The position numbers were made by a program, and so were the translations under genes. A stretch of 64,000 nucleotides of DNA from a virus, in IMG/VR virus record IMGVR_UViG_3300025133_006719, positions 15,300 to 79,299 of that record; one strand, 5' to 3'. Shown piece after piece: positions 18,326 through 28,595 of the stretch (position 1 is the first letter of the stretch; each line of letters begins with the position of its first letter). The notes beneath the pieces were generated by a model. It saw only the letters and a program-made list of their open reading frames with translations. It was not told the DNA's origin and ran no database searches.

Positions 18326-20891
18326 AAAGACTTTTAATAGTAACTTCTCCGACTTGGACTTAGAAATCCACGGAGTCAGACTGCCAAATTTTAAGCCAAA
18401 CAAAAAAGGCGTAAAACTGTCCGGTAACGACAACTTTAGTTTCTTAAAGTCCTTATGTAACGAAGGGATAAAGAGGATTAAAGAGGAAGTGACCCCAGAT
18501 GAATACCCCAACTACGTAAACAGGGGCAAGTATGAGTTAAACACTATTCACGAATTAGGATTTACCGACTATATTCTTTTGGTTTGGGACGTGGTTCACT
18601 TTTGTCACAGAAATAACATCCCAGTCGGACAAGGTCGCGGCTCTGCTGCCGGTAGTTTAGTTTTGTATTTAATTGGGGTAACTAAAATAGATCCTGTTAA
18701 ATACGACCTATTTTTCGAAAGGTTTATATCTAAAACCAGAGCAAAAAAACAAGTAGTAGGAGGGATAACATATTTAGACGGAGAGTTAATGTGTGATGTA
18801 GATATTGACGTTTGTTATTATAAGCGCCAACAGGTCTTAGAGTATTTAGAGAAAAAATTCAAAGGTAAGACAGCAAAGATTTTAACCCTTAATAAACTTA
18901 GCAGTAAGCTCCTTATAAAAGAGTGTGGGAAAATAGCAGGCAGTAAAACCGAGGTTGAAATGAATGTGGTTTCCTCTCTAATACCTAAGGTTTTTGGGAA
19001 AGTAACTGACCTTGAGACAGCAAGAGAAGAAGTTGAACAGCTTGACGAATGGTTTAACGAGAATGAGGAGGTTTATAGAATAGCATTAAAACTAAAAAAC
19101 CTAATTAAAAATAAAGGAGTTCACCCTTCCGGAATACTTTTGTCTTATGGTAAACTAGAGGAGTCTTGCCCCTTGGAGTTGTCCTCAGACAAGAACCCTA
19201 TCTCTGGCTTTGATATGAATTGGGTTTCTCTAACCAATACAAAACTTGACATACTGGGGCTAAGGAGCGTCTCGGTTGTAGATAACGCATGTAAGGAGAT
19301 AGGGATAGACGTTGAGGATATAGATCTTAACGATAATTTCATTTACCAAAACCTGCAAGAACTCAGAGCTCCACACGGCCTATTTCAAATAGAGGCTGAC
19401 ACCAACTTCAGAGTTTGCCAGAAAGTAAAACCTAAAAATCTAGAACAGTTGAGCGCGGTGTTAGCTTTAGGAAGACCGGGGGCACTAGCTTTTGTTGATC
19501 AGTATTCCAACTACTCTAATAACGATGTTTACGATTCCATACATCCTTTCTTTGATGATATTCTAAAAAGCACAGGGGGAGTTTGTCTCTACCAAGAGCA
19601 GATGATGAAGATGGCTCACAAAATCGGCTTCACATTAGATGAAGCGGAAATTTTGCGTCGTATAGTCGGGAAAAAGAAAGTGGCTCAAGTAAGGGAATGG
19701 AAGGAGAAGATTGCGGATAAGGTGGAGGAAAATAGGCTTACAAGTGAATGGATGGGGGATAAAGGTAATGTTGACGTGGGAGATGTCCTCTGGAGTGTTT
19801 TGGAGGACTCAGCTAACTACTCTTTTAATAAGTCTCATTCTATAGCTTACGCTGCCCTATCAGCTTCTACGATTTATTTAAAATTCAAATATCCAAAAGA
19901 GTTTTTTCTGTCTCTACTTAAAATGACGAGGCATGAACCCGATCCTATTACCGAAATCGCCAAAATAGAAAGGGAGTTAGACCTTTTTGGAATTAAACTT
20001 ATGGCTCCCCACATCTTAAAGTCAGACTTAGATTTCAAAATCGAAGGTGACAATATAAGGTTTGGTTTATTATCTATCAAAGGGATATCGGATAAGTCGG
20101 TGGAGAAGTTAATGAACTTCAGAAAGGAGTACGCAAACAAGTTTGAAATATTCCAAGGGGCAAATGAAGCTGGATTAACGCTGCCTGTATTATGCCCTCT
20201 CATACAAGCTGGGGCTTTAGAGGGCTTCAAGCAGTCTCGCACAAAAGTAGTCTACGAAGCTCAAGTATGGAGCAAGCTAACGGAAAGGGAAAAGATTGCC
20301 ATAATGCCAATAGCTGAAACGTACAACTATGACCTAACTAAATGCGTCAAAGCTTTAAACGAAGAGTTAAAAGACGAGAAAGGCAGACCTATCATCAAGG
20401 ATAGCCGGATAAATACAATTAGAAAAAATACAGAACTTTATAGATTAATTTATTCTCAGAATATAAAATCAGAAAGTTTCGCTAATTGGTATTATGAAAA
20501 TAGGCTTTTAGGATACAACCACGGAGTCAGCTTAAAAGATATATTTGAAGAAAAAACCGACAACCTAGTCAGCATAAGAGAGGTTGAAAATAGCCCCATA
20601 GGTAGACTATCTACATTCATTGGTACTATTTTCGAAAAGCCACATATAGGTAAAACAAAAAAAGGGAACAGCATGTTGAGGACTTCTATATCCGACGATA
20701 CTGGAATCATGAAGGTTCTAATGTTTAACGAGAAGCTGAATACCTGCAAAAGCTTGAATGGGGATAAGTACCCAGAGGAGGGTAACATCGTAATAATAAA
20801 AGGTAAAAAAGTCGAAGAAGCTGTCTTTGCTGACCTAATAGCAGTACAAGATAGCCACGTTTACACAAAGCTTTCAGAAGTTAGGAACTAA
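18318..20891 (+). CDS. dnaE: DNA polymerase III alpha core (lacking PHP domain)
   Basis: GRGSAAGSLV, FERF, DVDID, GVHPSG, KLDILGL, LYQEQ, YSFNKSH. Confidence 0.95.
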   Translation: MTEKTFNSNFSDLDLEIHGVRLPNFKPNKKGVKLSGNDNFSFLKSLCNEGIKRIKEEVTPDEYPNYVNRGKYELNTIHELGFTDYILLVWDVVHFCHRNNIPVGQGRGSAAGSLVLYLIGVTKIDPVKYDLFFERFISKTRAKKQVVGGITYLDGELMCDVDIDVCYYKRQQVLEYLEKKFKGKTAKILTLNKLSSKLLIKECGKIAGSKTEVEMNVVSSLIPKVFGKVTDLETAREEVEQLDEWFNENEEVYRIALKLKNLIKNKGVHPSGILLSYGKLEESCPLELSSDKNPISGFDMNWVSLTNTKLDILGLRSVSVVDNACKEIGIDVEDIDLNDNFIYQNLQELRAPHGLFQIEADTNFRVCQKVKPKNLEQLSAVLALGRPGALAFVDQYSNYSNNDVYDSIHPFFDDILKSTGGVCLYQEQMMKMAHKIGFTLDEAEILRRIVGKKKVAQVREWKEKIADKVEENRLTSEWMGDKGNVDVGDVLWSVLEDSANYSFNKSHSIAYAALSASTIYLKFKYPKEFFLSLLKMTRHEPDPITEIAKIERELDLFGIKLMAPHILKSDLDFKIEGDNIRFGLLSIKGISDKSVEKLMNFRKEYANKFEIFQGANEAGLTLPVLCPLIQAGALEGFKQSRTKVVYEAQVWSKLTEREKIAIMPIAETYNYDLTKCVKALNEELKDEKGRPIIKDSRINTIRKNTELYRLIYSQNIKSESFANWYYENRLLGYNHGVSLKDIFEEKTDNLVSIREVENSPIGRLSTFIGTIFEKPHIGKTKKGNSMLRTSISDDTGIMKVLMFNEKLNTCKSLNGDKYPEEGNIVIIKGKKVEEAVFADLIAVQDSHVYTKLSEVRN

Positions 20892-20928
20892 CTGGAAAAA
20901 CAAATAAATATTAAATATAATAACTAAA

Positions 20929-21519
20929 ATGGCAAGAATACAATTCTATAAACCGAACCCTAAAGGAACAGGCAGCGCATGTTCTTTTTGGAGCAGCGTA
21001 AAAGACGGATCACTTTTTGGTTCGTTCATTAAACAAAGCTCTTGGAACGATAAGACGAAAACAGGTTCGTTCAAAGCTAATAAAGAGAATCCCGCTGCAA
21101 GCACTCAATTTAAATTTAACCGTAATGAGGTGGCGGCAATTTTAGATTGCATAGAATCCGATAGGGAATTTTCAGCTTACCATAGCACCCCGAAGCAGAT
21201 TACTCGCTTCAAATTCACCCCCTATTCGAATGCTAAAGGCAGAGTTGGATTTTCTTACTCCGTAAACAAGGAAGACAAGGAGGACTCAACCAACAAAGCT
21301 GGTTTTATCATAGGCTTAACTTTTGCAGAGGCTAGGCACCTAAAGGAATATTTTATCTACACCCTAGCTTCCATGTTTAAATGGGAGGACGAGCAAGCTG
21401 CTGCGAATGAATCCTCACCAGACTCAGGTACAGAAAAAAAACCTCAGAATAAAAAAGAAACTCCATCCGTCAAAGCTCCTGACATCTCAGATGTTTTAGA
21501 GGATGACGAAAATTGGTAA
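20929..21519 (+). CDS. putative ssDNA-binding protein (Whirly/PC4-like)
   Basis: Follows polymerase; aromatic-rich beta domain with acidic/aromatic tail LEDDENW. Confidence 0.5.
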   Translation: MARIQFYKPNPKGTGSACSFWSSVKDGSLFGSFIKQSSWNDKTKTGSFKANKENPAASTQFKFNRNEVAAILDCIESDREFSAYHSTPKQITRFKFTPYSNAKGRVGFSYSVNKEDKEDSTNKAGFIIGLTFAEARHLKEYFIYTLASMFKWEDEQAAANESSPDSGTEKKPQNKKETPSVKAPDISDVLEDDENW

Positions 21520-21567
21520 ACTTGCGAAAACTGACAAAACTTTGTTAACTGTCACAATTAAATAAGT

Positions 21568-23502
21568 GTGAAGAAGAAAAAGCTATTATTCCAAAGCGAC
21601 TTTGCTTTAATGAAAACGGGCTTTGGCCGAAATGCCAGAGCTGTTTTGTCTTATTTGTATAAGACTGGTAAATATGAGATACTGCACTACTGCTGCGGTA
21701 TGAACAAAGATAACGTGATGCTTGACAAAACGCCTTGGAAAAGCGTTGGATGCATACCACCTGCTGGCGAGCTACGCGGGAAGAAAGCTAAAGACCCCTC
21801 AATACAGAGGGATGTAAATTACGGTTCCCTTTTTATTGATGAGGTCGTTAAGGACTTTAAACCTGACGTATATATAGCAGTACAAGATATTTGGGGCGTA
21901 GATTTCGCAGTTCCTAAACAATGGTTTAGTAAAATCACTTCATGCATATGGACTACGCTTGATTCCTTACCTATTTTGCCATCAGCCGTTAAGACAGCAA
22001 AAAAGGTCAACAACTATTGGATATGGAGCAACTTCGCAACTCAAGAGCTTAGGAGACTTGGGCATGAACATGTTAAAACAGTAAGAGGGGCAGTAGAGTG
22101 TACGTACTTTAAGAGATTAAAGAATAGGAATGAGCTTAGAAATAAATTTAACCTTAAAGATAATTTTGTCATTGGCTTTGTATTTAGGAATCAATTAAGA
22201 AAATCTGTACCCAACCTCCTAGAAGGGTTTTCCCTCTTTAAGTTGGCTCACCCAAATGCGAAAGCGAAACTGTTGCTACATACAAGCTTCGAAGAAGGCT
22301 GGGGCATTCCTAAGTTAGCAAAAGAATACGATATACCAATCGAGGATATACTAACAACGTATGTCTGCGCCAAATGTAAACACTATGAGGTACAACCATA
22401 TACAAAAAACGTATTAGACTGTAAAAAGTGTGAGTCGGAGAAAACTGTAAAAACTGTAAATATAGGTACAGCAGCAACCGAGGCTCAATTAAATGAAGTC
22501 TATAACTTAATGGATGTATATTGCCATCCATTCACCAGCGGTGGTCAAGAGATCCCAATCCAAGAAGCGAAACTAACCGAACTGGTTACGCTAGTTACCA
22601 ACTATAGCTGTGGCGTGGATTCTTGCGTAGAAGAAGCCGCATCTTTACCTTTAGAGTGGTCCGAATACAGAGAGCAAGGCACAGAGTTTAGAAAAGCTTC
22701 CACCAAGCCAGAGTCAATCCTAGAACAGCTTCGTAAAGTCTATAATATGACTGATGAAGAAAGAACTAAAATGGGCAAGCAGGCCAGAAAATGGGTGTTA
22801 TTGAATTTCGATACTCCTGTTATAGGAAAACAGATATGTGAGTTCGTGGACGATGCCCCCTTTGTAGACGAATCTGTTTTTGGGGAGGGCGAGGAGGAAG
22901 AGATAAACCCCTATATTCCCATAGACAACAGTATCAAGGAGGATAAGCAGTGGCTAACAGAAGCTTATCACAAAATTTTAAGCATGACCCACGTTGACGA
23001 AGACGACGATGGTCACAAATATTGGATGGAGCTTTTAGAGTCAAAGAAAAACAGCAGACAAGATGTTGAGAGTTACTTTAGGCAGACCGCTATAGACAAC
23101 AAAAATAAAAAAATACTTAGAATCAGCGATGACAAATTTTCATCTCATCTAGACGAAGACGACGAGGGTAAGCGCATTATAATGGTAATCCCTAAGGACG
23201 CTGGGGATGTATACTTGGCTACCAGCTTGCTTCCAAGCATTAACAGGCTTTACCCCGACTACAATCTCTATTTTGCTTGTGAGGATAAGTTCAAGGATAT
23301 TATCTTAGGGAATCCTCATGTTCATAAGTGGGTTCCTTTTTGTCAGTCTATGGAGCAGGGGGTTTGGCTGGAAGGAAATGGCAATCATAAAGGATGGTTC
23401 GAGGTCGCTTATGTTCCTTTCTTAACAATTCAAGAGAACCTATCTAGCTGGCTTCATAACGATAAAAAAGATAAATTAGATTTAGAGCTATGCACATATT
23501 AG
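21568..23502 (+). CDS. multidomain glycosyltransferase (GT4 GT-B plus DUF4214-like and GT9-like C-terminus)
   Basis: TGFGR, RNQLRK, LNEVYN.MD, PI.EA; GDV.LATSLLP, NPHV. Confidence 0.8.
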   Translation: MKKKKLLFQSDFALMKTGFGRNARAVLSYLYKTGKYEILHYCCGMNKDNVMLDKTPWKSVGCIPPAGELRGKKAKDPSIQRDVNYGSLFIDEVVKDFKPDVYIAVQDIWGVDFAVPKQWFSKITSCIWTTLDSLPILPSAVKTAKKVNNYWIWSNFATQELRRLGHEHVKTVRGAVECTYFKRLKNRNELRNKFNLKDNFVIGFVFRNQLRKSVPNLLEGFSLFKLAHPNAKAKLLLHTSFEEGWGIPKLAKEYDIPIEDILTTYVCAKCKHYEVQPYTKNVLDCKKCESEKTVKTVNIGTAATEAQLNEVYNLMDVYCHPFTSGGQEIPIQEAKLTELVTLVTNYSCGVDSCVEEAASLPLEWSEYREQGTEFRKASTKPESILEQLRKVYNMTDEERTKMGKQARKWVLLNFDTPVIGKQICEFVDDAPFVDESVFGEGEEEEINPYIPIDNSIKEDKQWLTEAYHKILSMTHVDEDDDGHKYWMELLESKKNSRQDVESYFRQTAIDNKNKKILRISDDKFSSHLDEDDEGKRIIMVIPKDAGDVYLATSLLPSINRLYPDYNLYFACEDKFKDIILGNPHVHKWVPFCQSMEQGVWLEGNGNHKGWFEVAYVPFLTIQENLSSWLHNDKKDKLDLELCTY

Positions 23503-24686
23503 AAGCCTATGCATCAAATTGTTGCCTTAAAATAGATAAACCTTTTATCTACGAAAAATACTACCCACTTCCGGCTGACAAATACATCACTCTGCACCAT
23601 CCGAATAAAACAGACTCAAGGAAATATGACCATTGGGACTCTGTCGTTAGGCTGTTGAAGCCGGTTCTAGATAAAGAGGGTATTAAGATCGTACAGGTGG
23701 GGACTGGGTCAGAAGTGATAGTAAAGAATTGCCATAACTTGCTTGGTCGCACTTCCGTTAATCAGTTGGCCTACGTTATAAGGCGTTCAATGTTGCACCT
23801 TGGAGTTGACAGTCTTCCGATTCACTTAGCCTCTGGATATGGGAAAAAAATAGTAGCACTCTATTCTAATAAATATGCCTGTCACTCTGGCCCCTACTGG
23901 TCAAAAGAAGAGGATGTGATATTGTTAGAGTCTGACAAAGACGGAGACAAACCAACTTACGCACATAATGAAGAACCGAAGACCATAAATACAATAGCTC
24001 CCGAGGATATCACTAAGTCTGTTTGTAAGCTTTTAGGTCTAGATTTCGACTACGAATACGAAACGTTATACACTGGTAAATTCTTCCATATTGGTTTAGT
24101 CGAGTCAGTCCCAGATGAGGTTGTTAAAATATCAAACATGGATGGCCAGACAAGTTACATAAGAGCAGATATAAAAAACACAAACACCACACCCGAAAAA
24201 ATAGACGCACAACTTTCAATCGATGGCAAGTATTCTTTAATGATTGATAAACCTATCGACATAAACATACTAACCAAAAACAAAAAAAGGATTGATACAA
24301 TAATCTACATAATAGACGAGAGATCAAGGGCGTCCTTCTATGACGAAGTTATTTCCGAAGGCTTAAAATGCACACTTGCAACATTCGCCAGCGATGAAGA
24401 GTTCGAGAAAATTAAATTTAAGTTTTTAGACTACCCTAAGGTTACAAGAGTTAAGATAGATAGGGCAGATGAAGTTAAACAGCTAGAAGGAGAAAGTATT
24501 AAAAAGCTTTTTTATCAAACCAATAAGTATACTATTCACAAGTCCAAGTTCTACGCGAGCCAAGCGGCTTTAGAAAACGGAGAGCCAGCATCAAGGATGG
24601 ATCCTTCTGACGTTTATCAAATACCAGATAACCCCAACTTCTTCAAAGACTTGGATCATATTAGGATACTCAAAAAAACTCCTTGA
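23490..24686 (+). CDS. GT9 (heptosyltransferase-like) glycosyltransferase
   Basis: IVQVG, L.G.T...Q.A..I, HLGVDS.PIHLA. Confidence 0.75.
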   Translation: MHILEAYASNCCLKIDKPFIYEKYYPLPADKYITLHHPNKTDSRKYDHWDSVVRLLKPVLDKEGIKIVQVGTGSEVIVKNCHNLLGRTSVNQLAYVIRRSMLHLGVDSLPIHLASGYGKKIVALYSNKYACHSGPYWSKEEDVILLESDKDGDKPTYAHNEEPKTINTIAPEDITKSVCKLLGLDFDYEYETLYTGKFFHIGLVESVPDEVVKISNMDGQTSYIRADIKNTNTTPEKIDAQLSIDGKYSLMIDKPIDINILTKNKKRIDTIIYIIDERSRASFYDEVISEGLKCTLATFASDEEFEKIKFKFLDYPKVTRVKIDRADEVKQLEGESIKKLFYQTNKYTIHKSKFYASQAALENGEPASRMDPSDVYQIPDNPNFFKDLDHIRILKKTP

Positions 24687-24711
24687 CTTTGTCGCCCCGA
24701 CGAGATAGACT
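24683..24711 (+). promoter_or_regulatory. sigma70-type promoter with CCCC spacer
   Basis: TTGACT-17-TAGACT, ATG 7 nt downstream. Confidence 0.65.
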
Positions 24712-24718
24712 AAAAAAC

Positions 24719-25447
24719 ATGACAGCGGCGAAGAAGAAACTAACGGCACGAACCGTAAAGAGGGATGACGACGGCTTGATCGAAGGTCTCGACTACACAT
24801 TCGAAGATAACGGCTTAATAGATTGGAGAAGGATGGTGAGATCAGAATTTTTGGTCCCCAACAAAGATAGAACTAAAGAGGCGGATATATCCAAGCTCCA
24901 AGACAGGGATTTGATTATTCTTTTAGGAGGCTTGAAAGATCTGTCGCAAAAACGCGGCTATACTAAAGTAGACTATAAAATATACGAGGCCAGAGAAGAT
25001 TACGTTTGCGCTTCATGCAGGATAGAGTGGATTCCCAATTTTGAGACTGAGGGTAGAGCGGTGTCTTTTGAATCTTTAGCTAGTACGACGCTCCACAACA
25101 CGAAGGATTTTGGACAGCTTTATCTGGCAGAAATGGCGGAGAACAGAGCTTTTTGCAGAAGCGTTAGGAATTTCCTAAGAATCAATATTGTTTCTGCTGA
25201 TGAGATGTCAAAGAACTCCACGATGAACCCGTTTACGCCAAACGGGGATTCCGATTCATCTAATTCCTCTAATGACCCTGCTCAAATACTTGCGGCAGCT
25301 ATGAAATCTAAAGGCGTTACATTCGACAACTTAAAGAAAAGGTTAGTAGCAGAAGGCTATACCGATGCAGAAGAACTAAACAGTGTAAACGACATTAGTA
25401 AAACAAAAATATTTGAGCTAATCTCAAGAATTAAAAACAAGAAATGA
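24719..25447 (+). CDS. putative ssDNA-annealing protein (Rad52/Sak-like)
   Basis: AEMAENRAFCR..R..L.I motif; start reassigned to ATG after promoter. Confidence 0.55.
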   Translation: MTAAKKKLTARTVKRDDDGLIEGLDYTFEDNGLIDWRRMVRSEFLVPNKDRTKEADISKLQDRDLIILLGGLKDLSQKRGYTKVDYKIYEAREDYVCASCRIEWIPNFETEGRAVSFESLASTTLHNTKDFGQLYLAEMAENRAFCRSVRNFLRINIVSADEMSKNSTMNPFTPNGDSDSSNSSNDPAQILAAAMKSKGVTFDNLKKRLVAEGYTDAEELNSVNDISKTKIFELISRIKNKK

Positions 25448-26013
25448 GACAAGTAAACAATTTTTTTGCAGACCCAGACGAGGTAAGAGCAGGAGCAATG
25501 AAGCTCCAAGTTTGGCCTTGTAAGGAGCATCCTACGAATGGGAATTGGCCCGGACTAAGAACTGAATACATATCAGCAGTAAATGAGAAAGCTTTCGAAA
25601 TTTTCTGGAAGTCTTTTTATAAAGTAATGGGATGGCCAGACGGTAAAGATGTCTATTTTGAAACTTTTTACCAATTTTGCAGGGCGAAAGACGGGGATAG
25701 TTGGGTTCACCAAGACGTCATGACCCAAGGCTTTACTCGAGTTGGTGTAGTTTACCTATCCCCAAATCCCCCCGCCAATAGCGGCACAACCATTTACCAA
25801 CCCAAAGAAGGCGAAACCATTGAATCATTGAAAGATGACGAAGGTGATGTCGCAGGCGATGTTTCCCGCTATGACGTAAAGCAAGAATTCGAAAATATCT
25901 ACAACAGCGCGGTATTTTACAAACCTACTGACTTACATAAGTCAACAGGTTATTTTGGCTCCACAAAGGATGATGCCAGATTGACACAGGTATTTTTTGT
26001 AAGAGAGAATTAA
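25444..26013 (+). CDS. DUF6445-like 2OG-Fe(II) dioxygenase-fold protein
   Basis: NFF.DPD.VR, WPGLRT, WVH.D, VVYL.P, GT, H....YFG...ARLTQVFF. Confidence 0.75.
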   Translation: MRQVNNFFADPDEVRAGAMKLQVWPCKEHPTNGNWPGLRTEYISAVNEKAFEIFWKSFYKVMGWPDGKDVYFETFYQFCRAKDGDSWVHQDVMTQGFTRVGVVYLSPNPPANSGTTIYQPKEGETIESLKDDEGDVAGDVSRYDVKQEFENIYNSAVFYKPTDLHKSTGYFGSTKDDARLTQVFFVREN

Positions 26014-26082
26014 TGTCACACTAAGTGTCACACCTTTTTAAAAAAATGCGAAAAACCCCTTTAAAAACGAGAAAATTAAACT

Positions 26083-26098
26083 TGGCACGTTGTTTGCT
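26083..26098 (+). promoter_or_regulatory. sigma54 (-24/-12) promoter
   Basis: TGGCACG-TTGT-TTGCT perfect consensus 14 nt upstream of hsp20 ATG. Confidence 0.75.
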
Positions 26099-26112
26099 AT
26101 AATAACACCTGT

Positions 26113-26523
26113 ATGACAAAATACGAAAAAGAGTATTATGGAGTAGATGGTTCTATTCAGGACCTCACAAGCGAAGCGGTTAGATTATTCCCATCTTGGG
26201 CAGCTTTATTCGACACCGAGCCAAGAAGAGTAAACTGTTTCTCGGATGACGAGGAAGAGTATAGCCTAGAGTTGGAGTTAGCCGGTTTTGATAAAAAAGA
26301 TATTACTATGGAAGTGCAGCCCTCAAAGCACCTATCTGGTAAATATCTAATCATTAAAGGATTCAAGGAGGTAAGAGGCAGCAAAAAGAACGTATCAGAA
26401 AGGTTTTTGATGCCAGAAAATTCTGACCCCTCTAAGATTTCTGCAGAACTTAAAAACGGGCTTCTTTCAGTTAAGGTGGAGAAGCTTGAGGATTCAAAGC
26501 CTTTGCAGGTCAAAATAAATTGA
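26113..26523 (+). CDS. Hsp20 small heat-shock protein
   Basis: LAGF.K.DI, F..P...D...I.A.L.NGLL.V.V.K. Confidence 0.92.
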   Translation: MTKYEKEYYGVDGSIQDLTSEAVRLFPSWAALFDTEPRRVNCFSDDEEEYSLELELAGFDKKDITMEVQPSKHLSGKYLIIKGFKEVRGSKKNVSERFLMPENSDPSKISAELKNGLLSVKVEKLEDSKPLQVKIN

Positions 26524-26547
26524 TAAACTAAAACAATATTACCGCAT

Positions 26548-26582
26548 TAGCATGGAGTCATAAAGCTCCATGCTATTTTTTT
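26548..26582 (+). terminator. intrinsic terminator
   Basis: TAGCATGGAG/CTCCATGCTA stem plus T7. Confidence 0.85.
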
Positions 26583-26654
26583 CGGTACATAATACTAAAT
26601 TAACTGTAGAATAGATATAGCAATGAACACCAATTAAGACTTGGATTTTAACAA

Positions 26655-28595
26655 ATGAAAAAAAAAGACACCGACACCATACTAACTAACGACTTCTTAT
26701 CAAAATATAAAAACAAACAACCGAAATGGGGCTTTAATGGCCTAGGTTATATTGTTTATAAGAGAACATATTCTAGGCCCAAGGAAGATGGAAGCCTTGA
26801 AGAGTGGTCGGAAACCGTAGCTAGATGTATTAAAGGTGCTCAGGAAATAGGAGCAGAATACACAAGGAAAGAGGCTGAAAAACTTTTTGATTTAGTCTTT
26901 AATCTTAAATGTAATTTTGCTGGGCGTGGGCTCTGGCAGTTAGGGACTTCTACCGTTGATAGATTCGGGGGTAACAGTCTTCTTAACTGTTGGTTCACGG
27001 CCATTAAAAAGCCAGAGGACTTTTGTTTTATATTTGAGAATTTAATGCTGGGCGGCGGAGTTGGTTATTCGATAAGGCGAGAAGATATCCACGAACTTCC
27101 AAGGGTTAAAAGGAATGTCGAAATTTCTGTCAAAAACACAAACGATGCAGACTTTATAGTTCCCGACAGCAGAGAAGGATGGGTTAGGTTATTAAGTAAG
27201 GTCTTAGACGCTCTTTTTGTAACCGGAAAATCCTTCAACTATTCAACCGTTCTCGTTAGAGGCGCAGGGAAACCTATTGGAGGATTTGGAGGAACAGCAA
27301 GTGGGCCGGAAATCTTAGTAGACGGAATAGGGAAAATCATAGGAGTCATTAAGGAACGCGAAGGCAAAAAGCTTCGGAGCATTGACGTTTTAGATGTTGC
27401 TAATATCATTGGCTCTGTTGTCGTCGCTGGGAACGTCAGACGATCTGCAGAAATCGCCCTAGGCGATCCAGACGACTATCTATATATAAAAGCTAAAAGA
27501 TGGGACTTGGGCAATATTCCAAACTGGAGAGCTATGAGCAATAATACCATTTATTGCGACAGCTACGATCATATAGCAGAAGGGGTTTGGGACGGTTACG
27601 CTGGCAATGGAGAGCCTTATGGTTTTTTTAACGTCGCTTTAAGTTCTAAATTTGGAAGGACTGGAGAGAAGGCGAAAGAAAACTGTGAAGGAACAAACCC
27701 TTGCGGGGAAATCTCCTTAGCAGATAAGGAATGTTGCAATCTTGCGGAGCTATACTTAAATAACATAGAATCGAAACAGGAATTGATAGAGTGTTCAAAA
27801 CTTCTCTATAAAACCCAAAAAGCCATATGCGCTTTGCCCTTTATCCATGACGATACAAATAAGATAGTTCATAAAAATTTTAGAATAGGGCAAGGCGTTA
27901 CGGGAATCTGCCAGAGCTTACACGATAAGAAGCTAGAGTGGCTGGGGGATTGCTATGAGGCACTGAAAGCCTACGACAAGGAGTGGAGCAAAAAGCGAGG
28001 ATGGCCGGAAAGCATAAAGCTCACAACAGTTAAGCCTAGTGGCACACTGAGCCTGTTGGCGGGAGCAACACCGGGGGTACATCCATCTTATTCTCAATAT
28101 TATATCCGTCGTGTCAGGATGTCTAGCCAAGATGCCTTAGTCGAGACCTGCAAGGAAATGGGGTACCATATCGAGTTCGTTAAAAACTTTGACGGCTCCC
28201 TTAACCGAGACACTGTGATAGTCGAGTTCCCCTGCGAGTCCGGAAAAGAAGCTGTACTTACAAAAGATATGAAAGCTGTCGATCAATTAGACTTAGTTAA
28301 AAGAATCCAGAAAGAATGGTCTGACAACGCTGTCTCTTGCACTGTCTATTACAAGAAAGAAGAACTACAAGAAATAAAAGATTGGTTGAGAAAGAATTAC
28401 AAAAATAATATTAAAAGCGTCTCCTTTTTACTTCACCAAGAGCATGGCTTTGATCAGGCTCCTTACGAAGAAATAGACGAAAAGCGATACAATTCACTTA
28501 GGCTCGGCATCAAGAAGGTATCTGCTGTTAAAGTTGGCAACGGTCACGTTTTAGACGGCCTAGAATGCGATGGCGGAGCTTGCCCCATAAGATAA
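26655..28595 (+). CDS. nrdJ: class II (adenosylcobalamin-dependent) ribonucleotide reductase
   Basis: YKRTYSR, NC, GNVRRSA, TNPCGEI, TVKPSGT, C-terminal CDGGACP; no beta subunit. Confidence 0.93.
   Translation: MKKKDTDTILTNDFLSKYKNKQPKWGFNGLGYIVYKRTYSRPKEDGSLEEWSETVARCIKGAQEIGAEYTRKEAEKLFDLVFNLKCNFAGRGLWQLGTSTVDRFGGNSLLNCWFTAIKKPEDFCFIFENLMLGGGVGYSIRREDIHELPRVKRNVEISVKNTNDADFIVPDSREGWVRLLSKVLDALFVTGKSFNYSTVLVRGAGKPIGGFGGTASGPEILVDGIGKIIGVIKEREGKKLRSIDVLDVANIIGSVVVAGNVRRSAEIALGDPDDYLYIKAKRWDLGNIPNWRAMSNNTIYCDSYDHIAEGVWDGYAGNGEPYGFFNVALSSKFGRTGEKAKENCEGTNPCGEISLADKECCNLAELYLNNIESKQELIECSKLLYKTQKAICALPFIHDDTNKIVHKNFRIGQGVTGICQSLHDKKLEWLGDCYEALKAYDKEWSKKRGWPESIKLTTVKPSGTLSLLAGATPGVHPSYSQYYIRRVRMSSQDALVETCKEMGYHIEFVKNFDGSLNRDTVIVEFPCESGKEAVLTKDMKAVDQLDLVKRIQKEWSDNAVSCTVYYKKEELQEIKDWLRKNYKNNIKSVSFLLHQEHGFDQAPYEEIDEKRYNSLRLGIKKVSAVKVGNGHVLDGLECDGGACPIR

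Noticed and set aside
15639-28595. Inteins or introns in DnaE or NrdJ
   Set aside because: No splice-junction motifs (C...HN-C/S/T) or homing endonuclease inserts seen; the reading frames are continuous.
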